The translations under genes were made by a program, and so were the position numbers. The notes below the pieces were generated by a model that was not told where the DNA came from, searched no databases, and saw only the letters and a program-made list of their open reading frames with translations. A DNA stretch of 64,000 bases from Eubacteriales bacterium (GTDB taxonomy: Bacteria; Bacillota; Clostridia; Lachnospirales; Lachnospiraceae): assembly GCA_044425575.1 (NCBI GenBank), contig JAWXVE010000001.1, forward strand, positions 13,268 through 77,267. Direction: 5' to 3'. Shown here one piece after another: positions 27,666-37,210 of the stretch; the first letter of the stretch is position 1, and every line of letters starts with the position of its first letter.

Positions 27666-28763
27666 ATGAACCAGCCAAAAACAATTGCATTTACAATCGG
27701 TAGTCTTGCAAGAGGTGGTGCTGAGCGAGTAACCATTAATTTAATGGAACATTTCTATGCACAAGGGTACACCATTTATTTGATTACCAAGCTAAGGGTA
27801 GTGGATGAATACCACCTTATGGATGGAATTGTTCGTATAGACGGTGATTTAACTCCAGAAGAACTTACCAAGTCACGTATTCGTAATCTGTTTAAGCGAA
27901 TTAGAAAGTTACGAAAGATATGGAGAGAATATTCGCCAGACTTAATTGTTTCCTTTATTGGCAAAAACAACTTAATGACACTTGTGTCATCTATAAGACT
28001 TAAAACTCCAGTTATCACTACTATATGTAGTGATCCAAAGAGTGAATATGAGTCAAGATTCATGTGGCGTGTAGCTTGTGGTATTTTGCCTCTGTCAAGA
28101 GGAGTGGTGGTGAAGACGAAGCATGCCATTTTAGATTTTCCTAAGAAAATCCAGAAGAAGGCAATTGCTTTACCCAATCCTTTGCATGAGCAATTTGTAG
28201 TAGAACACCTTCCCGTCATGCGTAAGAACGAAATTGTTGCAGTGGGACGTTTAGATGAGAATAAGAACCAGAAGCTTCTCATTGATGCTTTTGCAAAGAT
28301 TGCAGAGGAATATCCTCAATGGACTTGCCATATCTATGGGGATGGAGAATGTAGAGACGAGTTAGAACGATATGTAAATAACCTATCATGTAGGAAGCAA
28401 ATAGAGTTTCATGGACAAAGTAGTCATATTGCAGATGATATTTATCATGCGAGTATTTACGCGCTCACTTCAAGAGTAGAAGGAATGCCGAATGCCCTTA
28501 TGGAAGCTATGGCTCTAGGTATTGCTTGCATTTCAACCGATTGTCCATGTGGTGGACCTAGTGAATTAATTACCCAGGGGGAAAATGGGTTTCTCATTCC
28601 AGTAGATGGGGAAGAAGAATTAGCACACAGATTACAAGATCTCATGGTTCATAGTCATAAGTGCGAAATGGTAGGACAGAAGGCGTGGGAACGCATGCAA
28701 GAATACTATCCCCAGGAAGCATTAGGAACTTGGCAGAACTATTTAGAGTCCTTGATGCAATAA
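27666..28763 (+). CDS. GT4 glycosyltransferase (TDCPCGGP subfamily, paralog of 23884-24990)
   Basis: LARGGAERVTINLM and TSRVEGMPNALMEAMALGIACISTDCPCGGPSELI. RBS GAGGTGAAGG precedes ATG 27666. Confidence 0.7.
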   Translation: MNQPKTIAFTIGSLARGGAERVTINLMEHFYAQGYTIYLITKLRVVDEYHLMDGIVRIDGDLTPEELTKSRIRNLFKRIRKLRKIWREYSPDLIVSFIGKNNLMTLVSSIRLKTPVITTICSDPKSEYESRFMWRVACGILPLSRGVVVKTKHAILDFPKKIQKKAIALPNPLHEQFVVEHLPVMRKNEIVAVGRLDENKNQKLLIDAFAKIAEEYPQWTCHIYGDGECRDELERYVNNLSCRKQIEFHGQSSHIADDIYHASIYALTSRVEGMPNALMEAMALGIACISTDCPCGGPSELITQGENGFLIPVDGEEELAHRLQDLMVHSHKCEMVGQKAWERMQEYYPQEALGTWQNYLESLMQ

Positions 28764-28791
28764 GAATGAAATGAAAGAGGAGGTCTGCACC

Positions 28792-30672
28792 ATGTGTGGA
28801 ATTGCAGGAATCTGCTATGGGCAGATGGATCCCATTAAGAATATACAGGCTATGAATGAAGCAATGGTTCGTCGAGGACCAGATGCAGGAGGCTACTATA
28901 TAGAAGAATCTATGAAAGTGGCATTAGGTCACCGTCGATTATCCATTCTTGATTTATCAGAGCAGGGGGCACAACCTATGATGTCTCAGGATGAGCGATA
29001 CGTAATGGTATACAATGGCGAAATCTATAACGGCATTCAATTACAAGAGCGTATGATAACAGACGGTATCGTCTTATCTTTACGGGGAACATCGGATACA
29101 GAGCTGTTATTGGAAGCAATTGCCCATTACGGATTAGAGGATACCTTAAGATTTGTAAAAGGAATGTTTGCCATCGCTCTACTAGACAGGAAGGAGAAAA
29201 CCTTACGATTAGCCAGAGACCGCATGGGAGAGAAGCCTTTGTATTATGGACGAGTTCAGGGCAATCTTGTGTTTGCATCTGATTTGAATGCAATGAAGCA
29301 AATAGATGGGTTCCAAAATCCGATTAATCATGATGCAATGCCATTGTACTTCGAACATGGGTACATTCCAGCACCTTATACCATCTATGAAGGCATTTAT
29401 AAGTTAAAGCAAGGTACGATTCTAGAATTCACACAACCATACGAGCGCCATAAAACTACAGTATATTGGGATATTATGGAGCTTGCCAAAGAAAAAGAAA
29501 GTACATTTCAAGGGAGCGAAGAAGAGGCCAAAGAGGAATTAGAGCGGTTGCTAAAGGAAGCCATTCAAGGGCAAATGGTAGCAGATGTACCACTTGGTGC
29601 ATTTTTATCAGGTGGAATTGATAGTACACTTGTAGTGGCACTCATGCAATCCCTGTCCAGCCAACAAGTGAAAACATTCACCATAGGGTTAAAAGAAGCA
29701 GGATATAACGAAGCAGATATTGCTTCTATGACTTCCAAGCACATGGGAACCAACCATGAAGAACTCTATATTGGGTACGAAGATGTTATGGATGTTTTGC
29801 CTAGAATACCAGCTGTCTACGGAGAACCATTTGCAGACAGTTCCCAGATACCAACTATGCTTGTAAGTAAGATGACAAGAGAACATGTAACCGTATCCCT
29901 CAGTGGAGATGGAGGGGATGAATTCTTTTGTGGGTATAACACATACTTAGGAGCAAAGCAAGGATTAGCAACGGTACAGTCTAAAGCTGGATTTTTACCA
30001 CAAGGGTTGCGTCAATCCATAGGGCAATTATGTGGAGCACCTCATATGAACCGTGCGTCCCTTCTTCGGAAGGTCAATATGGTTTTTACTACCAATACCT
30101 TGGAGGATTACAAGCGTGCTGTGGATAGAGGGGATGGTAAGTTTTTCTCCCTTGTAAATGGTGCCCGTAATATGAGAACAGATTATAGATCATATCCAAG
30201 TAGTTACTTACGAGAACCAGAACATAACTTAATGTTAATGGATCAGTTACAATATTTACCGGATGATATTTTGACAAAAGTAGACCGTGCTGCTATGTAC
30301 TACTCTCTAGAAACAAGAATTCCCTTGTTAGATCGAGATGTTATGAACTTTGCTTGGAGTCTACCCCTTTCTTATGCATTTGACCATCAGATCACCAAGA
30401 AATTATTGAAAAACTTATTATATGAGTATGTGCCAGAAGAAATGATTAATCGTCCCAAGAAAGGCTTCTCCATTCCAATTAGCGAGTGGTTGTTAAGCGG
30501 TGAGATGAATGAGTGGGCGGAAAGTCTTATGAGTGAGGGATTTTGTAAGAATCAAGAATTAATGGATCAAAAGGAAGCAAGGAAGTTGTGGGAACAATTT
30601 AAGCAAGGGAAGCAAGATGCAACCTTAATCTGGTATATCTTAATGATGCAACAATGGGCATTAACGGAATAA
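28792..30672 (+). CDS. asparagine synthase-like glutamine amidotransferase (WbpS-like candidate sugar amidotransferase)
   Basis: MCGIAG N-terminus is required for Ntn hydrolase chemistry, so the ATG at 28792 is preferred (RBS GAGGAGG 8 nt upstream). SGGIDST PP-loop, and RPKKGFSIPISEWL near the C-terminus. Confidence 0.75.
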   Translation: MCGIAGICYGQMDPIKNIQAMNEAMVRRGPDAGGYYIEESMKVALGHRRLSILDLSEQGAQPMMSQDERYVMVYNGEIYNGIQLQERMITDGIVLSLRGTSDTELLLEAIAHYGLEDTLRFVKGMFAIALLDRKEKTLRLARDRMGEKPLYYGRVQGNLVFASDLNAMKQIDGFQNPINHDAMPLYFEHGYIPAPYTIYEGIYKLKQGTILEFTQPYERHKTTVYWDIMELAKEKESTFQGSEEEAKEELERLLKEAIQGQMVADVPLGAFLSGGIDSTLVVALMQSLSSQQVKTFTIGLKEAGYNEADIASMTSKHMGTNHEELYIGYEDVMDVLPRIPAVYGEPFADSSQIPTMLVSKMTREHVTVSLSGDGGDEFFCGYNTYLGAKQGLATVQSKAGFLPQGLRQSIGQLCGAPHMNRASLLRKVNMVFTTNTLEDYKRAVDRGDGKFFSLVNGARNMRTDYRSYPSSYLREPEHNLMLMDQLQYLPDDILTKVDRAAMYYSLETRIPLLDRDVMNFAWSLPLSYAFDHQITKKLLKNLLYEYVPEEMINRPKKGFSIPISEWLLSGEMNEWAESLMSEGFCKNQELMDQKEARKLWEQFKQGKQDATLIWYILMMQQWALTE

Positions 30673-30683
30673 AGGAGCAGTAG

Positions 30684-32435
30684 ATGATACTTAGTATATT
30701 TAAAAGACTACTTTCATTATTTAGTAAAAAGCAAAAAGGTACAATTGTGGTACTCATTCTGATGATTTTTATAAGTGGATTACTTGAAACCGTAGGTGTT
30801 TCCTTAATCTTGCCACTTTTAACAGCCATTTTAGATAAAGATGCCTTTGCTCAAACAGAGTATGTGGTACGTGCCATGGAGTTGCTTCACATTCAAGAGG
30901 TAGATACGTTTATCTTATGCTTAATTGGCTTGCTTATTGGGATTTATATTATTAAGAATGTATATCTGGTCTTTTGTGCATATGTACAAGCAAAATTCGT
31001 CAGTCGCAACAAAAGTCGGGCTATGAAGAATTTATTATCTCAATATTTGCATCGCCCTTATGAATATTATTTTCACGCAGATTCTGCAACGATTTTACGA
31101 ACCATCTACAGTGATATGGAAAATGTATTCAATATGGTACTGCTTAGCTTTAACTTTATAGCAGAGGCAGTTGTATGTGCATCTTTATGTTTGGTATTAC
31201 TCATTATGGATATTAGGATGTGTCTATTAATGGTTGTTCTACTAAGCGGAACAACAATCCTTGTAGTTAAGAATATTAAGCCTAGATTAAATCAAGTGGG
31301 GCAACGCTCCATGGATAAATTGGCAAGGATTTATAAGGAAATCTTGCGTGCCATTGAAGGGGTAAAAGATATTAAAGTATTTCACAAAGAACAATTTTTC
31401 CTAGATGGATTTACGGATACAACCAGTCAATATGCCAAATACCAAATTAAAAATAATGTGCTGTCCATTATTCCAAGGCAATTAATTGAAACAGTAGCAA
31501 TTGTAGGTATTTTAGCCTATGTAGCATTTAGCCTCATTACAGGAGTAGATACTGCGGTTCTTATGGGATTAGTGGGAGCATTTAGTGTGGCAGCCATGCG
31601 ATTACTACCTAGTGTAAACCGTTTGAATACTCATTTAGCCAACCTTTCTTTCTTTGAAGCATCCCTGCAAAATGTATGTGGGCATATTAATATGGAGGAA
31701 GTAAGACATCAGGAATTCCTTGAAGTAGAAGCAGAACATACACAAGAAGAACCTGACATTGCCATTGAGCATGCCATTACCCTCACCAATATTACGTATC
31801 GCTATCCCCAAACGGAAACCTATATCTTCCGGAATGCCGATATGATTATTCCAAAAGGAAAGTCAGTTGGAGTAGTAGGGAGTTCAGGAAGCGGAAAGAC
31901 TACGATTATTGATATTTTGTTAGGACTCTTAGACGTAGAAGAGGGAGTGGTAGAAAGCGATGGAGTTCCCATTAAAACATCTTATGCAAAGTGGCTTTCT
32001 AATATTGGCTATATTCCTCAATCCATTTATATGTTAGATGGTACCATTTGCCAAAATATCGCCTTTGGGGTAGAACCAGAAGCTGTTTCTATAGAGCGGG
32101 TGTGGCAAGTATTAGGAGATGCTCAGATTAAGGAATTCGTAGAAAGTTTGCCAAACGGACTAGATGAGGAGATTAGCGAGCGAGGTATAAGGTTGTCTGG
32201 TGGACAGAGACAGCGACTTGGCATTGCAAGAGCCCTCTATCATAATCCGGAATTGCTGGTATTTGATGAGGCAACTTCTGCATTAGACAATGAAACAGAG
32301 CGAGCATTAATGGAGGCAATCGAAAGTTTACAAGGACAGAAGACCATGGTGATTATTGCTCATCGATTGAAAACAATTGAGAATTGTGATATGATTTACG
32401 AAGTCAAAGAGGAAAAGATCACACGGACAAAATAA
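30684..32435 (+). CDS. fused TMD-NBD ABC exporter (MsbA/PglK-like), copy 1
   Basis: Six-helix N-terminal domain. Walker A GSSGSGKTT, signature LSGGQRQRLGIARAL, Walker B LLVFDEATSALD and H-loop IAHRL. Confidence 0.8.
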   Translation: MILSIFKRLLSLFSKKQKGTIVVLILMIFISGLLETVGVSLILPLLTAILDKDAFAQTEYVVRAMELLHIQEVDTFILCLIGLLIGIYIIKNVYLVFCAYVQAKFVSRNKSRAMKNLLSQYLHRPYEYYFHADSATILRTIYSDMENVFNMVLLSFNFIAEAVVCASLCLVLLIMDIRMCLLMVVLLSGTTILVVKNIKPRLNQVGQRSMDKLARIYKEILRAIEGVKDIKVFHKEQFFLDGFTDTTSQYAKYQIKNNVLSIIPRQLIETVAIVGILAYVAFSLITGVDTAVLMGLVGAFSVAAMRLLPSVNRLNTHLANLSFFEASLQNVCGHINMEEVRHQEFLEVEAEHTQEEPDIAIEHAITLTNITYRYPQTETYIFRNADMIIPKGKSVGVVGSSGSGKTTIIDILLGLLDVEEGVVESDGVPIKTSYAKWLSNIGYIPQSIYMLDGTICQNIAFGVEPEAVSIERVWQVLGDAQIKEFVESLPNGLDEEISERGIRLSGGQRQRLGIARALYHNPELLVFDEATSALDNETERALMEAIESLQGQKTMVIIAHRLKTIENCDMIYEVKEEKITRTK

Positions 32436-32453
32436 AGCGTATGGGAGAATGAA

Positions 32454-33581
32454 ATGCAACTCATTAAGGGGAAAGAGCAATTCGCACAGATTTGTTTTTA
32501 TATAGGGATTACTCTGGAATTAATCGTTATGGCAGCGGCACAGACATGGATTGTTTTGCCCTATGCCTCTCGTTTTCAACACCTTGCTTTTGTCTTCTTT
32601 GGTCTTAAAATTCTAGGAACGTACTATACGAAGATTGAATGGATTGCAATTCTCTTGTTTGGAATGCTAGGTGGAGTATCTTACCTTGCAATAGGAGATG
32701 AGAAGGCAATCTGTGTCATTATAATGATACTTGCCTCTAAGCAAATAAAAGTACGAGTGGTGGCGAAGTATATATTTTGGTTTATGATGGTGACATGTGT
32801 TTTCATTATTTTTATGGCACTATTTGGCGTGGGGCAACCTCTTTTAGATACGAGAAGCTATGGAAGAGGCTCCATTGAATCAAGATGGGGATTTGGACTA
32901 GGTCATGCTAATAATATGCATGGAATGGCATGGTATTTAATAACATTATTGATATGGGTGTATCATGATGTGCTTAAGAAGAAACATTACGTATATCTTA
33001 CCATATTTAATAGTATGCTATTTGTAGCAACTGCATCAAGAACTGGATTTTTATTAACCCAAGCAATGATTATAGGAGGATGGCTCTTATGTTGCAATGT
33101 TAAGTGGATTCAACAAAAGTATGTGCATATCATTTCTTATCTGTGTGTAATAGGCTTAACAAGCTTAACCATTCTAGCAGGACTATATGGGACTGTTAGT
33201 AATCCTATTATGGCATTTTTCAACACAGTCTTATCAGGACGGTTAGAGTATTTTCGATGGTATGCAGGTATGGAAACGTGGAAAATTCTCTATGCCCAAG
33301 GAACAACAGGGTTAATTGATAATGGCATTGCTAAGTTATTTGCTTCCCATGGATACTTGGTAACAAGTGTTTATTTGCTTCTAACGTTGTGTTTTATTGC
33401 ATATACCAAGAAGAAGGATGCGAAGTATTACATGCTCTTGTTATTTGCACTAATGACGAACTTCTGTTATGGATTCATGGAAGCAACTTTTACCTTTAAT
33501 GGGTATTTATTAATCAATCTATTTTATGTGGTATTAATCAATGAGTGGCATCATTTGCTACCACAAAAGGAAAAGAGTTAA
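32454..33581 (+). CDS. polytopic membrane protein, candidate Wzy-type polymerase
   Basis: 375 aa with about 10 TM segments. It has a hydrophilic loop RSYGRGSIESRWGFGLGHANNMHG and no soluble domains. Confidence 0.4.
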   Translation: MQLIKGKEQFAQICFYIGITLELIVMAAAQTWIVLPYASRFQHLAFVFFGLKILGTYYTKIEWIAILLFGMLGGVSYLAIGDEKAICVIIMILASKQIKVRVVAKYIFWFMMVTCVFIIFMALFGVGQPLLDTRSYGRGSIESRWGFGLGHANNMHGMAWYLITLLIWVYHDVLKKKHYVYLTIFNSMLFVATASRTGFLLTQAMIIGGWLLCCNVKWIQQKYVHIISYLCVIGLTSLTILAGLYGTVSNPIMAFFNTVLSGRLEYFRWYAGMETWKILYAQGTTGLIDNGIAKLFASHGYLVTSVYLLLTLCFIAYTKKKDAKYYMLLLFALMTNFCYGFMEATFTFNGYLLINLFYVVLINEWHHLLPQKEKS

Positions 33582-33582
33582 G

Positions 33583-35352
33583 ATGAAAGAAATCATAGAG
33601 GTAAGTAAGAAGATTAGCTATGGCATATTGGCATGGGGAGCTGCAATTGCAATTGTAGCTGTTTCAGGTATTTCCATTACCAAGATTAATATGTTAGTGC
33701 CTATTATAATGGTATCATTTCTATTTGTAATCGCTTATTTTCGGAAGCATTGTAATACCCGAGATATAAGGTATGGATTTGGGTTTTCGGTACCATTTGC
33801 ACTTAGCCTTGTATTAGGTAGTAATATAGACATGGAAAGTATTGAGAAGACGTTTGAATGGAATATTCCTTTGAATCTTCTCTATTTTACTTTACTCACA
33901 GGAATGGGAATGATTGTGATAGCAAGCTTCCTTGTATTCTTAGGCAAGTTGAATATTAGGTGGCGGCAATTTATGGGGAGTCCACGTAGGTGGGGAGGGA
34001 TTACCGTTGCCCTGTGTATCATTGCATGGCTTCCTTATTACTTCACTTATTTTCCAGGGATTATCTCTAACGATGCCATTTCTATGATTGGCCAAGGAAT
34101 GGGATTCGAAGCACTGAATAATCATCATCCAGTATTATTTACATTATTCATGAAGTGCGTTTTAATGATTAGTACACAGTTTACTACCTTAAATGGTGCA
34201 GTAGGATTATTTTGTACCGTTCATATGATCGTATTTGCCCTAGTTCTTGGATATGTGGTGCAGTGGCTAGCGAGAAAAGGTGCCAGCAGAGAGTTAGTAG
34301 TGTTGACCATTCTATATTTTGCATGTAATCCAGCAATTGCATTGTATAGTGTATATATTACCAAGGATATTTTCTTTAGCAGTGCACTACTCTTGTTCGT
34401 CTTATACATTCATGATGTAGTACAAAGTAAAGGCGCAGAGTTAAGAAACCGTGGAAGATTCCTTCCATTCATACTAATCTGTTTGGCAGTGATATTCTTA
34501 CGTAATAACGGAATCTATATTGTAGTTGGAACACTCATCCTTCTAATGTTAGTATACCAAACAGAATGGAAACGCCTGGGGGTAACCTTGGGTATTTCGC
34601 TTATTGTGGCCTTGATGGTCAATGGTCCTATTTATACAGCACTGAACATTGCACCATCTTCTTTTGCAGAGTCCATGTCTATTCCTCTTCAACAAGTAGG
34701 GCAAGTAATTGTAGAGGAAGGAGACATGGGAGAATGGGAAGAAGAGTATCTTAGTAATCTGCTCCCATTTGATCAGGTAAAAGAAGTGTATACACCAGGG
34801 TATACAGATCCTTATAAGTTTCATGAAGACTTTAATAATGAGTACTTAAATGAAACAAAGGGAGAATTCCTACAAGTTTGGGCATCTTTGTTGCCAAGTC
34901 ACTTTGCTACGTATGTGGAGGCCTATCTCATGCAAACAGCAGGATACTGGCATATTGGGCAAACAACATCGTTGTCTACCTATGGAGTAGATGCCAATAC
35001 GTTAGGATTAGAACAGGTGAATGGAATTGAACAAATCACTGGAATTTCCTTAGAACCAATTATAGAAAAACTCATTCTTGCAGTACGTAAGGCACCAGTT
35101 TTATGTCTGGTAACCAATATGGCAGGTATGATGTTTTTATTCTTATTCACAGTTATTTACGCAGGATATAATAAGCAATTAACAAGGGTAATTAGTCAGG
35201 TACCGATTTGGATTTTGTGGGCAACTGTTTTAGTGGCAACGCCTGCTTATTGTTTGTACCGATACCTTTTTGTGCTATCCATTGCATTGCCATATATGAT
35301 ATACTTATTACAATTGTTAAGCAGTAAGGGGAAAGAAATAAATGGGAAATAG
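33583..35352 (+). CDS. large polytopic membrane protein (GT-C-like candidate)
   Basis: 589 aa. YFTYFPGIISNDAISMIGQ loop, many TM segments and a central soluble region. ATG 33583 immediately follows the upstream stop. Confidence 0.4.
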   Translation: MKEIIEVSKKISYGILAWGAAIAIVAVSGISITKINMLVPIIMVSFLFVIAYFRKHCNTRDIRYGFGFSVPFALSLVLGSNIDMESIEKTFEWNIPLNLLYFTLLTGMGMIVIASFLVFLGKLNIRWRQFMGSPRRWGGITVALCIIAWLPYYFTYFPGIISNDAISMIGQGMGFEALNNHHPVLFTLFMKCVLMISTQFTTLNGAVGLFCTVHMIVFALVLGYVVQWLARKGASRELVVLTILYFACNPAIALYSVYITKDIFFSSALLLFVLYIHDVVQSKGAELRNRGRFLPFILICLAVIFLRNNGIYIVVGTLILLMLVYQTEWKRLGVTLGISLIVALMVNGPIYTALNIAPSSFAESMSIPLQQVGQVIVEEGDMGEWEEEYLSNLLPFDQVKEVYTPGYTDPYKFHEDFNNEYLNETKGEFLQVWASLLPSHFATYVEAYLMQTAGYWHIGQTTSLSTYGVDANTLGLEQVNGIEQITGISLEPIIEKLILAVRKAPVLCLVTNMAGMMFLFLFTVIYAGYNKQLTRVISQVPIWILWATVLVATPAYCLYRYLFVLSIALPYMIYLLQLLSSKGKEINGK

Positions 35353-36769
35353 ACAGTCCAAAGCCAACGTGTTGGAATTATATGTGTTGCAAATTGTAGA
35401 TATTATTACAATTATATTTTCTTATGGAGTTGCATCGTATTTGCGCTATGGTACTCTACGTAGTGAATATGAAATGGAACTTTATAATGAGACATTACTC
35501 TTTTTAATTATATTTTCAATTGTATATACCGTGATGACCAATTATAGCCAAGATTTTATGAAACGTGGCTATATGATTGAATTAGTGTCTAGTACGAAAT
35601 ACCATGGGATTATGTTAGTTGCCATAGGTACTTATCTCTTTCTAACCAAGAATGCAGACCCATATTCACGTCTCTTTCTAGCATATTTCTTTGTTTGTAA
35701 TTATTTATTATCCATTATAACCCATGATGGGTTGAAGTTTGCATTTCGTAAGTATTATAGCGATTCTAAGATTAAGCAGAAGACCGTGATTATTACCACT
35801 CAAGAAAGCATTCAGTACGTAATGAAGCAGATGAGTAAAAATATGGACTATATGCATGAAATTGTAGGAATTGTCATCTGGGATGCACAAGAAGCAGTTG
35901 ATGTAGATTCCGTTGAAGGAGTGCAAGTAGTTGGCGCTAATAAAGATTATCTAAAAGTAATGACCCATATGGTCATTGATGAAGTATTTATCTATTTGCC
36001 AAAGGAAGAGAAGGAAATTCTCACTAAATTAGTACGAAACCTAGAATCAATGGGAGTAATCTGCCATTATGCCATTGACGTGGCTAATATTGATAGTAAA
36101 GCAAGGGTAGTAGAATCGGTAGGTGGTTTTACTGTTATTAGTTATTCTATGGCAGAATTAGATTACCATAAGAGAATGGTAAAACGATGTATGGATATTC
36201 TTGCAGGGCTCATAGGAACAATACTTGTGATGCTAATGTTCCCAATATTAGCAATTATCATTCGTGTAGAATCCAAGGGACCTATCTTATTTAGGCAAAA
36301 TAGAGTTGGAAAAAACGGTAGAATTTTCTCTATATACAAATTTCGTTCCATGTACATAGACGCTGAAGAGCGTAAGCAAGAATTAATGGATCAAAATCAA
36401 GTGAAAGGACTTATGTTCAAATTAGAGGATGACCCACGTATTACAAAAGTGGGAAAGTTTATTCGCAAAACAAGCTTAGACGAATTTCCTCAATTTATCA
36501 ATATTCTAAAAGGTGATATGAGCCTTGTGGGAACAAGACCACCAACAGTAGATGAATATGAAGAATATAATTACTATTATAAGAGAAGACTTAGTATGAC
36601 ACCAGGTCTCACAGGGCTATGGCAGGTAAGCGGTAGGAGTGAGATTACTGATTTTGATGATGTGGTGAAATACGACCTAGAATACATTGATAATTGGTCC
36701 CTTACATTAGATATGAAGATTGTATTGAAAACGTTTGGTGTAGTATTATTTGCTAAGGGATCCAAGTAA
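35342..36769 (+). CDS. large polytopic phosphoglycosyl transferase (WbaP/CpsE/EpsL type)
   Basis: 475 aa with N-terminal TM helices and a central domain. C-terminal KRCMDILAGLIG...GPILFRQNRVGKNGRIFSIYKFRSM...DEFPQFINILKGDMSLVGTRPP...PGLTGLWQVSGRS. Confidence 0.8.
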   Translation: MGNRQSKANVLELYVLQIVDIITIIFSYGVASYLRYGTLRSEYEMELYNETLLFLIIFSIVYTVMTNYSQDFMKRGYMIELVSSTKYHGIMLVAIGTYLFLTKNADPYSRLFLAYFFVCNYLLSIITHDGLKFAFRKYYSDSKIKQKTVIITTQESIQYVMKQMSKNMDYMHEIVGIVIWDAQEAVDVDSVEGVQVVGANKDYLKVMTHMVIDEVFIYLPKEEKEILTKLVRNLESMGVICHYAIDVANIDSKARVVESVGGFTVISYSMAELDYHKRMVKRCMDILAGLIGTILVMLMFPILAIIIRVESKGPILFRQNRVGKNGRIFSIYKFRSMYIDAEERKQELMDQNQVKGLMFKLEDDPRITKVGKFIRKTSLDEFPQFINILKGDMSLVGTRPPTVDEYEEYNYYYKRRLSMTPGLTGLWQVSGRSEITDFDDVVKYDLEYIDNWSLTLDMKIVLKTFGVVLFAKGSK

Positions 36770-36771
36770 AG

Positions 36772-36880
36772 AATAGTGTGAAAAATAAAATTTTTCACAC
36801 GGCAATTTGAACCTTACGATCCAAAGTTACCAGACATTGAGAAACGTATGGTTATTAGTGTGAAAATGGAGATTATTATG
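36772..36880 (+). repeat. copy B of the duplicated ~100-nt leader; palindrome GTGTGAAAAAT-AAA-ATTTTTCACAC (36776-36800)
   Basis: AATAGTGTGAAAAATAAAATTTTTCACACGGCAATTTG...CGATCCAAAGTT...CGTATGGTTATTAG aligns with 496-600. It starts 2 nt after the stop of the phosphoglycosyl transferase. The palindrome ends 77 nt before ATG 36878. Confidence 0.75.
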
Positions 36881-37210
36881 GATATTAAGGATGACATTTA
36901 TGTAGAATTAGTTGAAGAAATATTGAAAATCATTCCCAAACAAGTGGTGCGAATTGTTCTATATGGATCTCAAGCGAAAGGGTTAAATACGAATGAATCC
37001 GACGTGGATATTGCACTTTTATTGAATGAAGTACTTGACAGAAACAAGGAAGATCAATTGTCGGAAGTAGTTGTCACTATGAATTTAAAATATGACAAAG
37101 TATTTTCAGTTATTGATATTGATTATAATATGTATTTGACATGGAAAGAAGTTAGTCCATTTTATCGTAATGTAAAAGAAGAAGGAATTATCTTATGGGA
37201 AATAGCGTAG
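36878..37210 (+). CDS. minimal nucleotidyltransferase (MNT) antitoxin-type protein
   Basis: IVLYGSQAKGLNTNESDVDIALLL matches the G-S-x(n)-D-x-D polymerase-beta-type motif. Small size. It overlaps the downstream HEPN gene by 16 nt. Confidence 0.75.
   Translation: MDIKDDIYVELVEEILKIIPKQVVRIVLYGSQAKGLNTNESDVDIALLLNEVLDRNKEDQLSEVVVTMNLKYDKVFSVIDIDYNMYLTWKEVSPFYRNVKEEGIILWEIA

Noticed and set aside
27776-28282. 168-aa minus-strand ORF, plus the many other 60-120-aa antisense or alternate-frame ORFs in the track (for example 455-697, 2159-2544, 12686-13097, 28976-29293, 44575-44877, 50080-50445, 56896-57240, 4689-4886, 6850-7041)
   Set aside because: All lie inside well-supported genes on the opposite strand or in another frame. 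They have low-complexity or biased composition with no recognisable motifs and no RBS. They are typical shadow ORFs of AT-rich coding DNA.
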